Of a DNA stretch of 64,000 nt, positions 9,314 through 19,321 are shown one piece after another. The notes under the pieces were generated by a model, which was not told the origin of the DNA, made no database searches, and saw only the letters and a list, made by a program, of their open reading frames with translations. Each line of letters opens with the position of its first letter. Position 1 is the stretch's first letter. Source of the DNA: Cyclobacteriaceae bacterium (GTDB taxonomy: Bacteria > Bacteroidota > Bacteroidia > Cytophagales > Cyclobacteriaceae); NCBI GenBank assembly GCA_044226945.1, contig JBGAGB010000014.1, positions 194 through 64,193 of the forward strand, given 5' to 3'. Position numbers and translations under genes: made by a program.

Positions 9314-12300
9314 TTATTTTACACTAATTTTCACCTTCAGGACAAAGTCGTCCATGTCAATTTCGGTCCCGTCGGCGAGTTTCTCCTTTAACTCAAAAGA
9401 GAGCGCTTGAGTTTCCGAGCTGATGTAATCCCGGAACTGGCTCAGAGCCACAGAAACCGCCTCCCCTTGGCCGTTGGTGGTTGAATTCATCTCGACTTCG
9501 ATTCCAATTTTATCCAACACTTCGAGGCCCATGTCCTTTCTAAGGTTCTGAATGCGGTTGACGAAATCTCGTGCGATTCCCTCTCGCCGTAGTTCTTCAG
9601 TGATGCTGATGTCGAGCGCCACGGTGATCGGTCCTTCCGAGGCCACGGCCCAGCCGGGCACGTCTTCAGAAGAGATTAGTACATCCTCGAGGACGAGGTC
9701 GAAACCTTCGCGACTTAGTGAACCTGACCTCTCGATGGTGGAAATATCTTGCTTGGTGAACGCATTGATGACGGTCGTCACCTCCTTCATTTTCGCACCG
9801 AACTTCTTCCCGAGCTTGGCAAAGTTCGGCTTCACTTTTTTGACGAGGAGATCAGACGTATCGTCGATATATTCGATCGACTTCACGTTGACTTCCGCCT
9901 TGATGATGTCTTCCACGAGGCGTACGCGCTGTGCAAACTGGTCATCAAGAACTGGCAACAGGATTTTGTTCAACGGTGTGCGCACCTTCACTTTGGCATT
10001 CTTACGAATGGAGTGCACAAGCGAGCAAATTTTCTGCGCATAGTCCATCGATCGCTCAAGCTCCTCCACCCTCTTCGAACCAATAGCTTTCGGGAAGTTT
10101 GAGAGATGTACGGAAGCTGAGTCTTCGCGCACTAGGTTCCGGTAGATCCAGTCGCTGAAGAAAGGTGCGACAGGAGCCATCAGTTGGCTCACCGTGACCA
10201 AGCACTCGTATAAAGTATCATACGCTGCTTTCTTGTCGGACGAAAGTTCACCTCGCATGGAAGGCAACCAGAAGCGCTTCCGATTCAATCGAACATACCA
10301 GTTCGAGAGGTGGTCGTTCACGAATTCTTGAATTGCTCGTGCCGCTTTCGTAGGCTCGTAGTCGTCGTATGCGGCGGTGACTTCTTCTATCAATGTTTGC
10401 AACCTCGACAGGATCCACTGATCCAAGTGGGTCTTTTCTCCATTGTTGGCCGTTCCTGCGGAATACTTGTCGATGTTCGCGTACAGCGAGAAAAAGGAAT
10501 ACGTGTTCAAAAGTGTTCCAAAGAAACGACGTTGGGTTTCCTTCACACCTTCTTCGTCGAACTTCAAGTTATCCCAGGGCGGCGCGTTCTCAATCATGTA
10601 CCAGCGCACTACATCAGGGCCGTACTTCGCAAGTGTTTCGAATGGGTTGACGACGTTGCCCTTTCGCTTCGACATCTTGTTCCCGTCTTTGTCGAGCACA
10701 AGACCATTCGAGATCACGTTCTTAAACGCGATGTTGTCGAACAGCATGACCGCGATGGCGTGCAGGGTGAAAAACCAACCGCGCGTTTGATCGACACCCT
10801 CCGCGATGTAGTCCGCAGGAAAGCTAGTCTTAAACACATCTTGGTTTTCGAAAGGGTAATGCCACTGCGCGTACGGCATGGCACCTGAATCGAACCACAC
10901 ATCAATCAGGTCTGGCTCGCGGTACATGGGTTGCCCCGACTTGCTCACCAGCACGACATCGTCGACAAATGGTCGGTGTAAATCCAGGTTATCAATGTCT
11001 GTAGGATTCTTGATTCCCTTGGCAACTGCCTTTGCAACCTCTGCTTTTAACTCGGCCACAGAGCCGATGCAGATTTCCTCTTGACCATCTTTTGTGCGCC
11101 AGATCGGAAGGGGCGTTCCCCAAAAACGTGAACGCGAGAGGTTCCAGTCAACCAAGTTTTCAAGCCAGTTGCCAAATCGTCCAGTTCCGGTAGACTCGGG
11201 TTTCCAGTTGATCGTGCGGTTCAGCTCCACCATTCGATCCTTCACCGCCGTCGTGCGAATGAACCACGCATCGAGCGGGTAATACAACACGGGTTTATCG
11301 GTGCGCCACGAGTGCGGGTACGTGTGCTCGTACTTCCTCACATCGAAGGCCTTGTTCTCCTCTTTTAGAATAATCGAGATGATGACATCTGTATTCTTGT
11401 AATCCGGGTTGGATTCATCCTCATCGGTGTAGTTCTTGACGTAAAAGTCGTTCTCACCGAGCGGCTTGTGTGTCTTAATCCGGAATTGGGCGACACCTTG
11501 AACGAGTTTGGCGCCGATCTGCGAAATGAACTTACCTTTCTTGTCAACCGTGGGCACCTCGTTACCAGCTGCATCTCTTACTGTGAGGGGTGGAATTCCA
11601 TTTTGCTTTGACACTCGGAAGTCGTCGGCACCAAATGTGGGTGAAGAATGCACGATGCCCGTACCATCTTCCGTCGTCACGAAGTCGCCGCTCACTACCC
11701 GAAATGCCTTGTCGACGTCGTACAACGGCGACACGTAGGGCATCAGTTGTTCATAGTGGATGCCGACCAATTGCTTACCGGTAAATTCACGGATCACCTG
11801 GTAAGGAATGGCTTTGTCTCCAGTCTTATAATTCTCGAGTTTGAGGTCTTTGTTCTTTTCAGAGAAATACTTCGAAAACAAGTCTTTCGCCAACACGACC
11901 GTCACGGGTTGATGGGTGTACGGATTGAACGTGTTGACTTCTACGTAAGTGATCTTTTCGCCGACTACGAGCGCTGTGTTCGACGGAAGTGTCCACGGGG
12001 TGGTCGTCCACGCAAGGATGTACACGTGATTCGATACACCCTCAAACAAGAACTCCGAGTTTGGTGCTCGCTTCACTTTGAATTGGGCGACAATCGAAGT
12101 GTCTTTTACTTCCTTGTAACAACCAGGTTGGTTCAACTCGTGCGAGCTCAGTCCGGTGCCGTCGGAAGGCGAATAGGGTTGGATGGTGTATCCCTTGTAG
12201 AGGAGTTTCTTATCGTACAATTGCTTGAGCAACCACCAAAGGGATTCGACATATTCTTTGGTATAAGTGATGTACGGGTTCTGCAGATCGACCCAATAAC

Positions 12301-12721
12301 CCATTTTCACGGTGAGGTCGTCCCATTGGTCCTTATACATCATCACCGTTTCGCGGCACTTCTGGTTATAGGCCTCGATGGAGATCTTCTTACCGATATC
12401 GTCTTTGGTGATCCCCAGCTGCTTTTCCACTTGGAGCTCTACGGGGAGTCCATGTGTGTCCCAACCACCTTTGCGCTTTACTTGAAATCCTTGCAGCGTC
12501 TTGTAGCGACAGAAAATATCCTTGACGGTACGCGCCATTACGTGGTGAATGCCGGGCGTGCCGTTGGCGGACGGTGGTCCTTCGTAAAAAGTGAAGGCGG
12601 GCGATCCTTCGCGGTTGCTAATGGAGCGCTCGAAAACTTTCCCTTGGTTCCAAAATTCGAGTACCTCTGCCGCTATTCCGGCAAAGTTCATTTCCTTCTG
12701 TTCGCGATACTGTTGAGACAT
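9314..12721 (-). CDS. ileS: isoleucine--tRNA ligase (long, type-2 form)
   Basis: HIGH-type motif (PSANGTPGIHH), KMSKS motif (KMSKRKGN), CP1 editing region, 1135 aa. Confidence 0.97.
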   Translation of the reverse strand: MSQQYREQKEMNFAGIAAEVLEFWNQGKVFERSISNREGSPAFTFYEGPPSANGTPGIHHVMARTVKDIFCRYKTLQGFQVKRKGGWDTHGLPVELQVEKQLGITKDDIGKKISIEAYNQKCRETVMMYKDQWDDLTVKMGYWVDLQNPYITYTKEYVESLWWLLKQLYDKKLLYKGYTIQPYSPSDGTGLSSHELNQPGCYKEVKDTSIVAQFKVKRAPNSEFLFEGVSNHVYILAWTTTPWTLPSNTALVVGEKITYVEVNTFNPYTHQPVTVVLAKDLFSKYFSEKNKDLKLENYKTGDKAIPYQVIREFTGKQLVGIHYEQLMPYVSPLYDVDKAFRVVSGDFVTTEDGTGIVHSSPTFGADDFRVSKQNGIPPLTVRDAAGNEVPTVDKKGKFISQIGAKLVQGVAQFRIKTHKPLGENDFYVKNYTDEDESNPDYKNTDVIISIILKEENKAFDVRKYEHTYPHSWRTDKPVLYYPLDAWFIRTTAVKDRMVELNRTINWKPESTGTGRFGNWLENLVDWNLSRSRFWGTPLPIWRTKDGQEEICIGSVAELKAEVAKAVAKGIKNPTDIDNLDLHRPFVDDVVLVSKSGQPMYREPDLIDVWFDSGAMPYAQWHYPFENQDVFKTSFPADYIAEGVDQTRGWFFTLHAIAVMLFDNIAFKNVISNGLVLDKDGNKMSKRKGNVVNPFETLAKYGPDVVRWYMIENAPPWDNLKFDEEGVKETQRRFFGTLLNTYSFFSLYANIDKYSAGTANNGEKTHLDQWILSRLQTLIEEVTAAYDDYEPTKAARAIQEFVNDHLSNWYVRLNRKRFWLPSMRGELSSDKKAAYDTLYECLVTVSQLMAPVAPFFSDWIYRNLVREDSASVHLSNFPKAIGSKRVEELERSMDYAQKICSLVHSIRKNAKVKVRTPLNKILLPVLDDQFAQRVRLVEDIIKAEVNVKSIEYIDDTSDLLVKKVKPNFAKLGKKFGAKMKEVTTVINAFTKQDISTIERSGSLSREGFDLVLEDVLISSEDVPGWAVASEGPITVALDISITEELRREGIARDFVNRIQNLRKDMGLEVLDKIGIEVEMNSTTNGQGEAVSVALSQFRDYISSETQALSFELKEKLADGTEIDMDDFVLKVKISVK

Positions 12722-12757
12722 CTGTAACGATGAGGCTATTTTTCAAAAAATGAGGGA

Positions 12758-12765
12758 CAAAGATA
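12758..12765 (-). promoter_or_regulatory. candidate Bacteroidota -7 promoter box for ileS
   Basis: The minus strand reads TATCTTTG, a perfect TAnnTTTG. It lies 36 nt upstream of the ileS ATG. Confidence 0.5.
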
Positions 12766-12780
12766 AGGATTTTGAGGCGA

Positions 12781-15231
12781 TCATTCCGCCGATCCTCTCC
12801 GGTCATGAATCCGGATCTTGGTAATGTCGATGGCCTCGTCGTCGGGTTCGCCGTAGAAGTTTGGATCGACGTCGTCGATTAACTGGCGATCGATTTTGCG
12901 CTTCGGCTTATCGAAGGTCATGATCAGGGCGGGCAGCAAAATCAAGTTCGTAAACATCGAGATGATTAACGTGGTCGACGTGAGCAAACCCAATGCGACC
13001 GTTCCGCCGAAATCCGAGAAAGCGAAAATGATAAAGCCCGCAAACAATACAATTGAAGTATAAATGATGCTCTTGCCGGTCTCCAATATGCTTTCGCTCA
13101 CGCTTCGAGGCACGAAGAACCCGGTTGACAGCAGTTCTTGACGATACTTGGCAAGGAAGCGAATTGAGTTGTCGACGGAAATCCCGAACGTGATGCTGAA
13201 GATCAGGGCCGTGCTCGCCTTGAGTGGAATGTTGAAATATCCCATCAAGCCGGCTGTAATCATGAGCGCTATCAGATTGGGGATGAGTGAAATGATGATC
13301 ATCCGCGCGTTGGCGAACAACAACGCCATCGACAACGTAATGAGGATACACGCCAAAATCAAACTTTCAGTCAAGTTGTCGATTAGGAACTTATTACCCT
13401 TGATAAAAATCTTGGACGAGCCCGTAATCGTGACCTTCACGCTATCGGCGGGACCACGCAAGCTCTTTTTCAACTCAGTCACCAAATGATCGGTTTTTGG
13501 TTGGATCACGTCGTGTACGAGAGAATCCATCTTTCTTGAACCGATGTCCGCCATCTGCATCGAGATGCGCATCTTGGTATAGCTCGAATCGATAAACGAC
13601 TTGAAGAGCCCACTGCTGTCGCTTTGACCTTTCAGGTATCGCAGCACGAACGCCGCGTCCTGAGGTGAGCTTGGAAGCTGATAGCGTGCTGGGTTGTTGT
13701 TGTGGTAGGCCTGTTTGGCGGTCTTGACCAAACTCACGATCGAGATCGGCGTGGAAGTGACTGTGATCGAATCCAACGACATCTCGAAGTCGTCGATCGT
13801 GCGGATGATCTTCAGATCCTGAAGGGGTTTCTTCCGCTTCGAGTCGATTTCGACCACCATTTCCAACGGCATGATTCCGGTGAAGTTGTCCTCCAAGAAT
13901 CGTAGGTCACGCTTGAGTTGGCTGTCTTCGGGAATGTCGTCGACCATGTACGATACCGAGTACAACTTCGACATTCCGATCGCAGCAAAGGCCGTGATGG
14001 CAACGGTGGCGATGTAGATATACACCCGGTGGCGATGCACCAACAAGTCAACCAACTTTACGAAACCCCCAAGGATTTTGAAATCCAAGTGTTTCAGGTG
14101 CTTGGGTTTTGGCTCGGGCATCCACGCCAACATGCCAGGGATCATGACCAAGCTGATGACAAACAAGGCGATGATGTTGAGGCCGGCGACGATCCCAAAC
14201 TCGCGCAACACTGAAATGTTGGTCGATAAGAGCGTGAGAAACCCGATGGCGACCGTTAAGTTCGTGAGAAATGTAGCCAAGCCCATCTTCAAGACAACCG
14301 CCCGGATGGCTGCTTCCTTGTTCTTTCGCTTTACGTATTCGAGGTGGTACTTGTTGAGCAAGTAGATCGCATTGGTGATGCCGATGGTGACGATCACTGG
14401 CGGGATCAATCCACTGAGCAAGCTGATTTTGAATCCAAGCAACTTGATGGTGCCCATGACCCAGATCACCATCACACCGATCATGATCATCGAGAAGATC
14501 ACGGCGCGTACTGACTTGAAGAAGAGCAGCATGATGATGCCCGTGACGATGGCTGACAGATACAAGAACATCGACAGTTCGGCCTTCACTTGGGTAGCCA
14601 TCACAGTTCTTACAAAGGGAAGGCCCGCGTAGTGGAGTTCGATGCCTGTGTCTTCAGTGAATGATTTGCCGTAGGCCATCAGTTTGTCAACAACCTCAAT
14701 ACGACGGGCGGAATTAGCAACGTCCTTACGAATCGGTGCGAGCAACCGAGTGGCGCCGTTGTCGGTATTTGAAAGTTGTGAGATTAAAAACTTTTGACCG
14801 TTAGCAACTTCCAACAAGCTATCTAGTTGCGCTTGCGAGGTGAGTGGTTCTGGAAACAGTGAAATGGGAACAAACTTCTTCTCGACGGTATCTTTTACAG
14901 CGATCTTGAAAAGCGGAAGTGACAACGCTTGGTTGATACCATCGATTCCCTTGATCTCGTTGCTAAGTTGGCGGAACCGTTCGAAGTTCTTGAGTTGGTA
15001 AAGGGCGCTATCCTTGATGGCGATGGCGACCATGTTTCCATCTTCCCCAAACTGCTCTTTGAAGCGGTTGAAGAAAATCATGTCGGGATCATTCAGGGGA
15101 ACGGTACGCGCGAAGTCGTAGCTCATCTCCACCTTGGAAGCATAGTATCCCATCACCACGGTAATGGCGATGATGCCGGCGAAAAGATAATTGCGCCAAG
15201 CGAGGATCTTATCGGCTATTTTTTCCCACAT
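12781..15231 (-). CDS. RND-superfamily exporter (MMPL/SSD-type, COG1033-like)
   Basis: 816 aa with two blocks of about 5-6 TM helices, each preceded by a large periplasmic loop. Confidence 0.8.
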   Translation of the reverse strand: MWEKIADKILAWRNYLFAGIIAITVVMGYYASKVEMSYDFARTVPLNDPDMIFFNRFKEQFGEDGNMVAIAIKDSALYQLKNFERFRQLSNEIKGIDGINQALSLPLFKIAVKDTVEKKFVPISLFPEPLTSQAQLDSLLEVANGQKFLISQLSNTDNGATRLLAPIRKDVANSARRIEVVDKLMAYGKSFTEDTGIELHYAGLPFVRTVMATQVKAELSMFLYLSAIVTGIIMLLFFKSVRAVIFSMIMIGVMVIWVMGTIKLLGFKISLLSGLIPPVIVTIGITNAIYLLNKYHLEYVKRKNKEAAIRAVVLKMGLATFLTNLTVAIGFLTLLSTNISVLREFGIVAGLNIIALFVISLVMIPGMLAWMPEPKPKHLKHLDFKILGGFVKLVDLLVHRHRVYIYIATVAITAFAAIGMSKLYSVSYMVDDIPEDSQLKRDLRFLEDNFTGIMPLEMVVEIDSKRKKPLQDLKIIRTIDDFEMSLDSITVTSTPISIVSLVKTAKQAYHNNNPARYQLPSSPQDAAFVLRYLKGQSDSSGLFKSFIDSSYTKMRISMQMADIGSRKMDSLVHDVIQPKTDHLVTELKKSLRGPADSVKVTITGSSKIFIKGNKFLIDNLTESLILACILITLSMALLFANARMIIISLIPNLIALMITAGLMGYFNIPLKASTALIFSITFGISVDNSIRFLAKYRQELLSTGFFVPRSVSESILETGKSIIYTSIVLFAGFIIFAFSDFGGTVALGLLTSTTLIISMFTNLILLPALIMTFDKPKRKIDRQLIDDVDPNFYGEPDDEAIDITKIRIHDRRGSAE

Positions 15232-15238
15232 GCGGCCC

Positions 15239-15246
15239 CAAATCTA
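15239..15246 (-). promoter_or_regulatory. candidate -7 promoter box abutting the RND exporter start codon
   Basis: The minus strand reads TAGATTTG (perfect TAnnTTTG). Only 7 nt (gggccgc) separate it from the ATG at 15231. Confidence 0.45.
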
Positions 15247-15342
15247 ATTTTTTTCTCACGGATAACACGGTCCGCTTACATGAGTTTTAGCCCTGTTCTA
15301 GCTAAAAAATGGGGAATATTCGTCAGCTTTCTAGGCTGCCGG

Positions 15343-17037
15343 TCAGATGTTCTGTTTGTTCAACTCCTTTACCGCGTAATCCACCGCCCGGGCAGTCATG
15401 GCCATGTAGGTAAGGGACGGATTCACGCAGTTGGACGACACCATAAAGGAGCCATCGGTGATAAACACGTTTTTCACCTCGTGCATTTGATTGTACCCAT
15501 TGAGAACCGATGTTTTCGGGTTGTGACCCATACGCGCAGAGCCCATTTCGTGGTTGGCGTTGCCTGGAAACGAGAGGTTCGCGTAGGGTTTCACGTTCTT
15601 GTACCCACAAGCTTCCAGTAACTCCGCGGCTGCCACGGCCGAATCTTTGTGCAAGGCTTTCTCATTCTCTTTGAACTCTACATTCATCGTTAACGAGGGT
15701 CGGCCAAACTTGTCTTTCAAATCTTTATTCAATGTCACGCGGTTGTCTTGATAGGGTAGACATTCGCCAAAGGCACCTAAGTTCATTCCCCACGAACCCG
15801 GCTCTTGAGCGGTCTCCTTCAATGCGGCCCCTAATAGCTGTGACTCCTGCACGCGGCGCCACCCGCCACGAGAACCACCTCCTTGATACCCGTACCCACG
15901 CACGAAGTCGGGGTGCTTGTCTTTGATGTTGCGGAATCTCGGAATGTAAATTCCAGTGGGCCGACGTCCGGAGTGATATTGGTCTTCAAAACCCTCGACA
16001 GTGGCATTGGCACCAGCGCCTTTGATGTGATCCATGATGTTGCGCCCAACTTGATCGCTGCCGTTACCTAAGCCGTTGGGGAATCGATTCGAAGTCGAGT
16101 TCAGGAGGATAAACGCCGTACCGATGGTGGCAGCATTCAAGAATACAAGCTTCGAATAAACCTCAACAGTTTGATTGGTTTCGGCGTCAATGTATTCAAC
16201 GCCCGTCGCACGTTGCTTCTGCTCATCGTACAACACCCGGTTCACCACTGCGTGCGGCTTCAACGTGAGGTTGCCTGTCGCAAACGCCGCTGGCAACGTA
16301 CTCGCATTAGTACTGAAATACCCTCCGTAAGGACAGCCTCGCGAACATAGGTTTCGAAGTTGACAAACTCCCCTTCCTTGAACGGGTTCGGTGAGGTTGG
16401 CAGTCCTTCCAATCGTAACATATACACCAGGGAACTTGCTCTGGACTTTCTCACGGAAGTCTTTTTCGACGCACGTCATCTCCATCGGTCGTTGGAACTT
16501 GCCATCAGGCAGCTGTGGAATCCCTTCGGCTTGACCACTCACGCCAATGAATTGTTCAACATAGTCGTACCAAGGTGCGATGTCCTTATACCTAATGGGC
16601 CAATCTACTCCGATGCCTTCTTTGGCGTTGGCTTCGAAATCCAAGTCGCTCCACCGCAGGCTTACCCGCGCCCATAAGAGTGAACGACCCCCTACAACGT
16701 CGCCGCGAATCCAGTCGAAACGTTTCGCTTCTTGGTATGGATTTTCTTGGTCGTTAATATAGAAGTGTTTGTTCTCCTCGCTAATAGAATAATGGCGCAC
16801 CTGAACATAGTGGCGTTCACGTTCTTCCGGCGTCAACCGCCCACGATGGGGAAACTGCCACGGGTCGAATGTTGCGGTGGGATAGTTGGGATGCACCATC
16901 GGGCCACCGCGCTCGAGCATGAGCACCTTCAGGCCCTTTTCACAAAGCTCTTTTGCTGCCCAACCACCGGAAATTCCAGATCCTACGACGATTGCATCAT
17001 AGGTGTTCTGTTCTTTGGCTTGGAGATTTAGGTTCAT
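15343..17037 (-). CDS. GMC-family FAD-dependent oxidoreductase
   Basis: N-terminal dinucleotide fold DAIVVGSGISGGWAAKEL. C-terminal GMC signature region (HEMGSARMG...VFITDGS). Confidence 0.85.
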   Translation of the reverse strand: MNLNLQAKEQNTYDAIVVGSGISGGWAAKELCEKGLKVLMLERGGPMVHPNYPTATFDPWQFPHRGRLTPEERERHYVQVRHYSISEENKHFYINDQENPYQEAKRFDWIRGDVVGGRSLLWARVSLRWSDLDFEANAKEGIGVDWPIRYKDIAPWYDYVEQFIGVSGQAEGIPQLPDGKFQRPMEMTCVEKDFREKVQSKFPGVYVTIGRTANLTEPVQGRGVCQLRNLCSRGCPYGGYFSTNASTLPAAFATGNLTLKPHAVVNRVLYDEQKQRATGVEYIDAETNQTVEVYSKLVFLNAATIGTAFILLNSTSNRFPNGLGNGSDQVGRNIMDHIKGAGANATVEGFEDQYHSGRRPTGIYIPRFRNIKDKHPDFVRGYGYQGGGSRGGWRRVQESQLLGAALKETAQEPGSWGMNLGAFGECLPYQDNRVTLNKDLKDKFGRPSLTMNVEFKENEKALHKDSAVAAAELLEACGYKNVKPYANLSFPGNANHEMGSARMGHNPKTSVLNGYNQMHEVKNVFITDGSFMVSSNCVNPSLTYMAMTARAVDYAVKELNKQNI

Positions 17038-17050
17038 ACCACAAGATAGC

Positions 17051-17100
17051 TAGTTGTTCGTTATTTAGTTTCTAGTTGGTGGTTGGTGGTTGATAGTTGA
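17051..17100. repeat. heptad microsatellite (nnGTTGn)x7 upstream of the GMC oxidoreductase
   Basis: The plus strand has four clean heptads TAGTTGG TGGTTGG TGGTTGA TAGTTGA at 17073-17100. Degenerate heptads TAGTTGT TCGTTAT TTAGTTT precede them at 17051-17071. Confidence 0.8.
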
Positions 17101-17146
17101 TCTCAACGAAACCTCAGCACTACTTCTAAATTCCGAACTCCAAAAT

Positions 17147-18505
17147 TTAAAAAGCTATCCCTTTTATTTTCCGATACAGCGACAGCGCGTGTCGGTCGGT
17201 GAGGCCAGAAACGAAATCAAGGACATGACGCACCATTTGATCGGCATCACCTTGAGAAGAGGTGATTGCCTGGCGGATGTCTTCCGGCAATAGGAGCGAC
17301 AAGTTGTGGTGACGTCGCGACATCTTGCCACCGGAAGAAAGCTCCTCGGCGGCGGGAAGGAACTCCTCCAACAGACCAGGTAACACGACATAACCTGCAG
17401 CTTCGATTTCGACAACGGTATGTGTGCGATAGATTTTCTCGACCGAAACTCGATTGATCTCATTCAGGGCCTCCTTGAAACGACATAAGTCGGTCAGAGC
17501 ATGATCGAATTTTCCACGAAGGATATCAACCTCGTGATCTAGAAAGACTTCGGTAGTTGCTTCGATCAGTTCTCCGATCGTCAATGCACGAAGTGTCCCC
17601 AATTTGGCGTTGAGGTCGGTACCCGCGGCTGACAATTTGTTTCGGTCCAACTTCGACCCGAGGATGGGTGATAATAAATCGACCGCATCGTTGAACGATA
17701 CCAGGTTCAGTCGACATCCATCTTCAAGATCGATGATGCTATAGCAGATATCGTCCGCAGCCTCCACGAGGAATGCAAGTGGATGGCGACACCAAGCATA
17801 GTCGCCCGCAGCAATTAATCCTAAATGCGTGGCCACGTCGGCGAAAGCCTCTTTTTCTTGCGTGAAGAATCCGAATTTCTTCTGGCTTCTCTTTTTTGTA
17901 TCGCGATTGACCAACCAAGACGGGCAGGGATATTTGGTAAAGGCTCCGAGCGTTGCGTAAGTCAATTTGAGTCCGTACTGTTTCTTGTTCAGGATTCGAA
18001 AACCTTGCGCGTTGCCTTCGAACTTGAGGAGGTCTTCCCAAGTTTCACGAGAGACAAGCGATTGAATGCGGCGGGCGGATTCTGTTTTAAAATGGTCTGA
18101 CAACGCGACCTCGCCGGCATGTCCGAATGGAGGATTCCCCATGTCGTGGGCCAACGCCGCCGCTGCAGTGATGGCGCCAAAGTCGAAAGCCGACGTCACA
18201 GGGGTAAGATCAGCGTGGCGGTCCATGATCACCTCTCCCACTCGCTTGCCGATCGATCGTCCAACGCTGGATACTTCCAAGCTGTGGGTCAACCGTGTAT
18301 GGACGAAGTCATGCTCGGGAAGCGGGTGAACTTGTGTTTTATCTTGAAGCTTGCGAAACGGATGCGAGAAAATAATCCGGTCAAAGTCTTGCTCGAAGGC
18401 CGAACGCGATGGTTCGCCGGCGCCTGTTTGTTGATTTTGCCTGTATGAAGAGAGGAGTTGCTTCCAGTTCAAGGTTGTGGCGGTTCGTGAGTCGTAAAAT
18501 TGCAC
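17147..18505 (-). CDS. dgt: dGTP triphosphohydrolase-like HD-domain protein
   Basis: HD-domain motifs (RLTHSLEV, HDMGNPPFGH), about 450 aa, GTG start. Confidence 0.85.
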   Translation of the reverse strand: MQFYDSRTATTLNWKQLLSSYRQNQQTGAGEPSRSAFEQDFDRIIFSHPFRKLQDKTQVHPLPEHDFVHTRLTHSLEVSSVGRSIGKRVGEVIMDRHADLTPVTSAFDFGAITAAAALAHDMGNPPFGHAGEVALSDHFKTESARRIQSLVSRETWEDLLKFEGNAQGFRILNKKQYGLKLTYATLGAFTKYPCPSWLVNRDTKKRSQKKFGFFTQEKEAFADVATHLGLIAAGDYAWCRHPLAFLVEAADDICYSIIDLEDGCRLNLVSFNDAVDLLSPILGSKLDRNKLSAAGTDLNAKLGTLRALTIGELIEATTEVFLDHEVDILRGKFDHALTDLCRFKEALNEINRVSVEKIYRTHTVVEIEAAGYVVLPGLLEEFLPAAEELSSGGKMSRRHHNLSLLLPEDIRQAITSSQGDADQMVRHVLDFVSGLTDRHALSLYRKIKGIAF

Positions 18506-18545
18506 AAAGGCTCACAAAGAATTGCAAGGTCGATAAAATATCGAC

Positions 18546-19313
18546 TCAGTCTTTCGCCGGATCTTGTCGCAAAAGCAACACGAGGGTTCCATACAACTCG
18601 GGGAGTTCTTTTTTGAACTGGACCGAGCGCTCGAAAAAGTTCTCGACCGCAACCGCAAAGAATTCTTCTAGGTTGGTCGACGCATAATGGCGGAGAAAAT
18701 GATTGTCGCCAGACCGTACGCGCTCGATCTCAATATCGGCTTGTTCCATAACACGACTGAACGCCTCCTTATTGAAGATTTGGTACTGACTGTTCATGAG
18801 CTTGTGTTCGAAGTAGAGCGCATGCGCGTATTCGTGCATCAACAAGTTGAGGCCCCGTTCATCGCGACTAAATCCTTCAACGATTCCTTTCCAGGAGAAC
18901 ACGATCGTGCGTGCTCCTGGGTTCACTTCACCCTTGTGATGTCGTTGTGTGAAGCGCGAATGATAATAGTCTGGGTATAACACGATCGTGTTATAAAAGT
19001 CGAAGCATTCTTCGGGGAGGTTAAGTGATATTTTGACGGCGGCGCCACCAAGTACAGCTTGCACCTCGTGAGTCAATCGCATATTGCCCCGCAGTTCATA
19101 GTCGAACGAACTTAGGAAACGCTTCACACGCAAGTCGAATTTCCGACGACGTCGAAAAGACAACCGCTTGTAGTAGGGGTAATAATGAGCAATGTAGCGT
19201 TTAACGGGCTGCGGCAGCGGAAAAATATAGCGGTTGAATCGCTGGAAGTTCTCGATATACGTGACAACCACCAGGAAAACCAGGATAAAAATGAAGCCGT
19301 AAACGAATTCCAA
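18546..19313 (-). CDS. zinc-dependent peptidase, MtfA-like
   Basis: HEYAHAL zinc motif, NLEEFFA block downstream, N-terminal TM helix. Confidence 0.65.
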   Translation of the reverse strand: MEFVYGFIFILVFLVVVTYIENFQRFNRYIFPLPQPVKRYIAHYYPYYKRLSFRRRRKFDLRVKRFLSSFDYELRGNMRLTHEVQAVLGGAAVKISLNLPEECFDFYNTIVLYPDYYHSRFTQRHHKGEVNPGARTIVFSWKGIVEGFSRDERGLNLLMHEYAHALYFEHKLMNSQYQIFNKEAFSRVMEQADIEIERVRSGDNHFLRHYASTNLEEFFAVAVENFFERSVQFKKELPELYGTLVLLLRQDPAKD

Positions 19314-19321
19314 ACTTTATG

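Noticed and set aside
11648-12727. 359-aa ORF antisense to ileS. Smaller antisense ORFs lie at 9552-10043 and 10310-10888.
   Set aside because: It is fully nested opposite a strongly conserved gene and its product is R/H/V/L-rich with no recognisable motif. Long antisense ORFs are expected from the codon bias of the sense strand.
17147-18505. dGTPase as an anti-phage nucleotide-depletion defence gene
   Set aside because: It is flanked by housekeeping genes (glyQS, an MtfA-like peptidase, an oxidoreductase). No other defence genes, mobile-element markers or compositional shift are present. It looks like the core dgt homologue.
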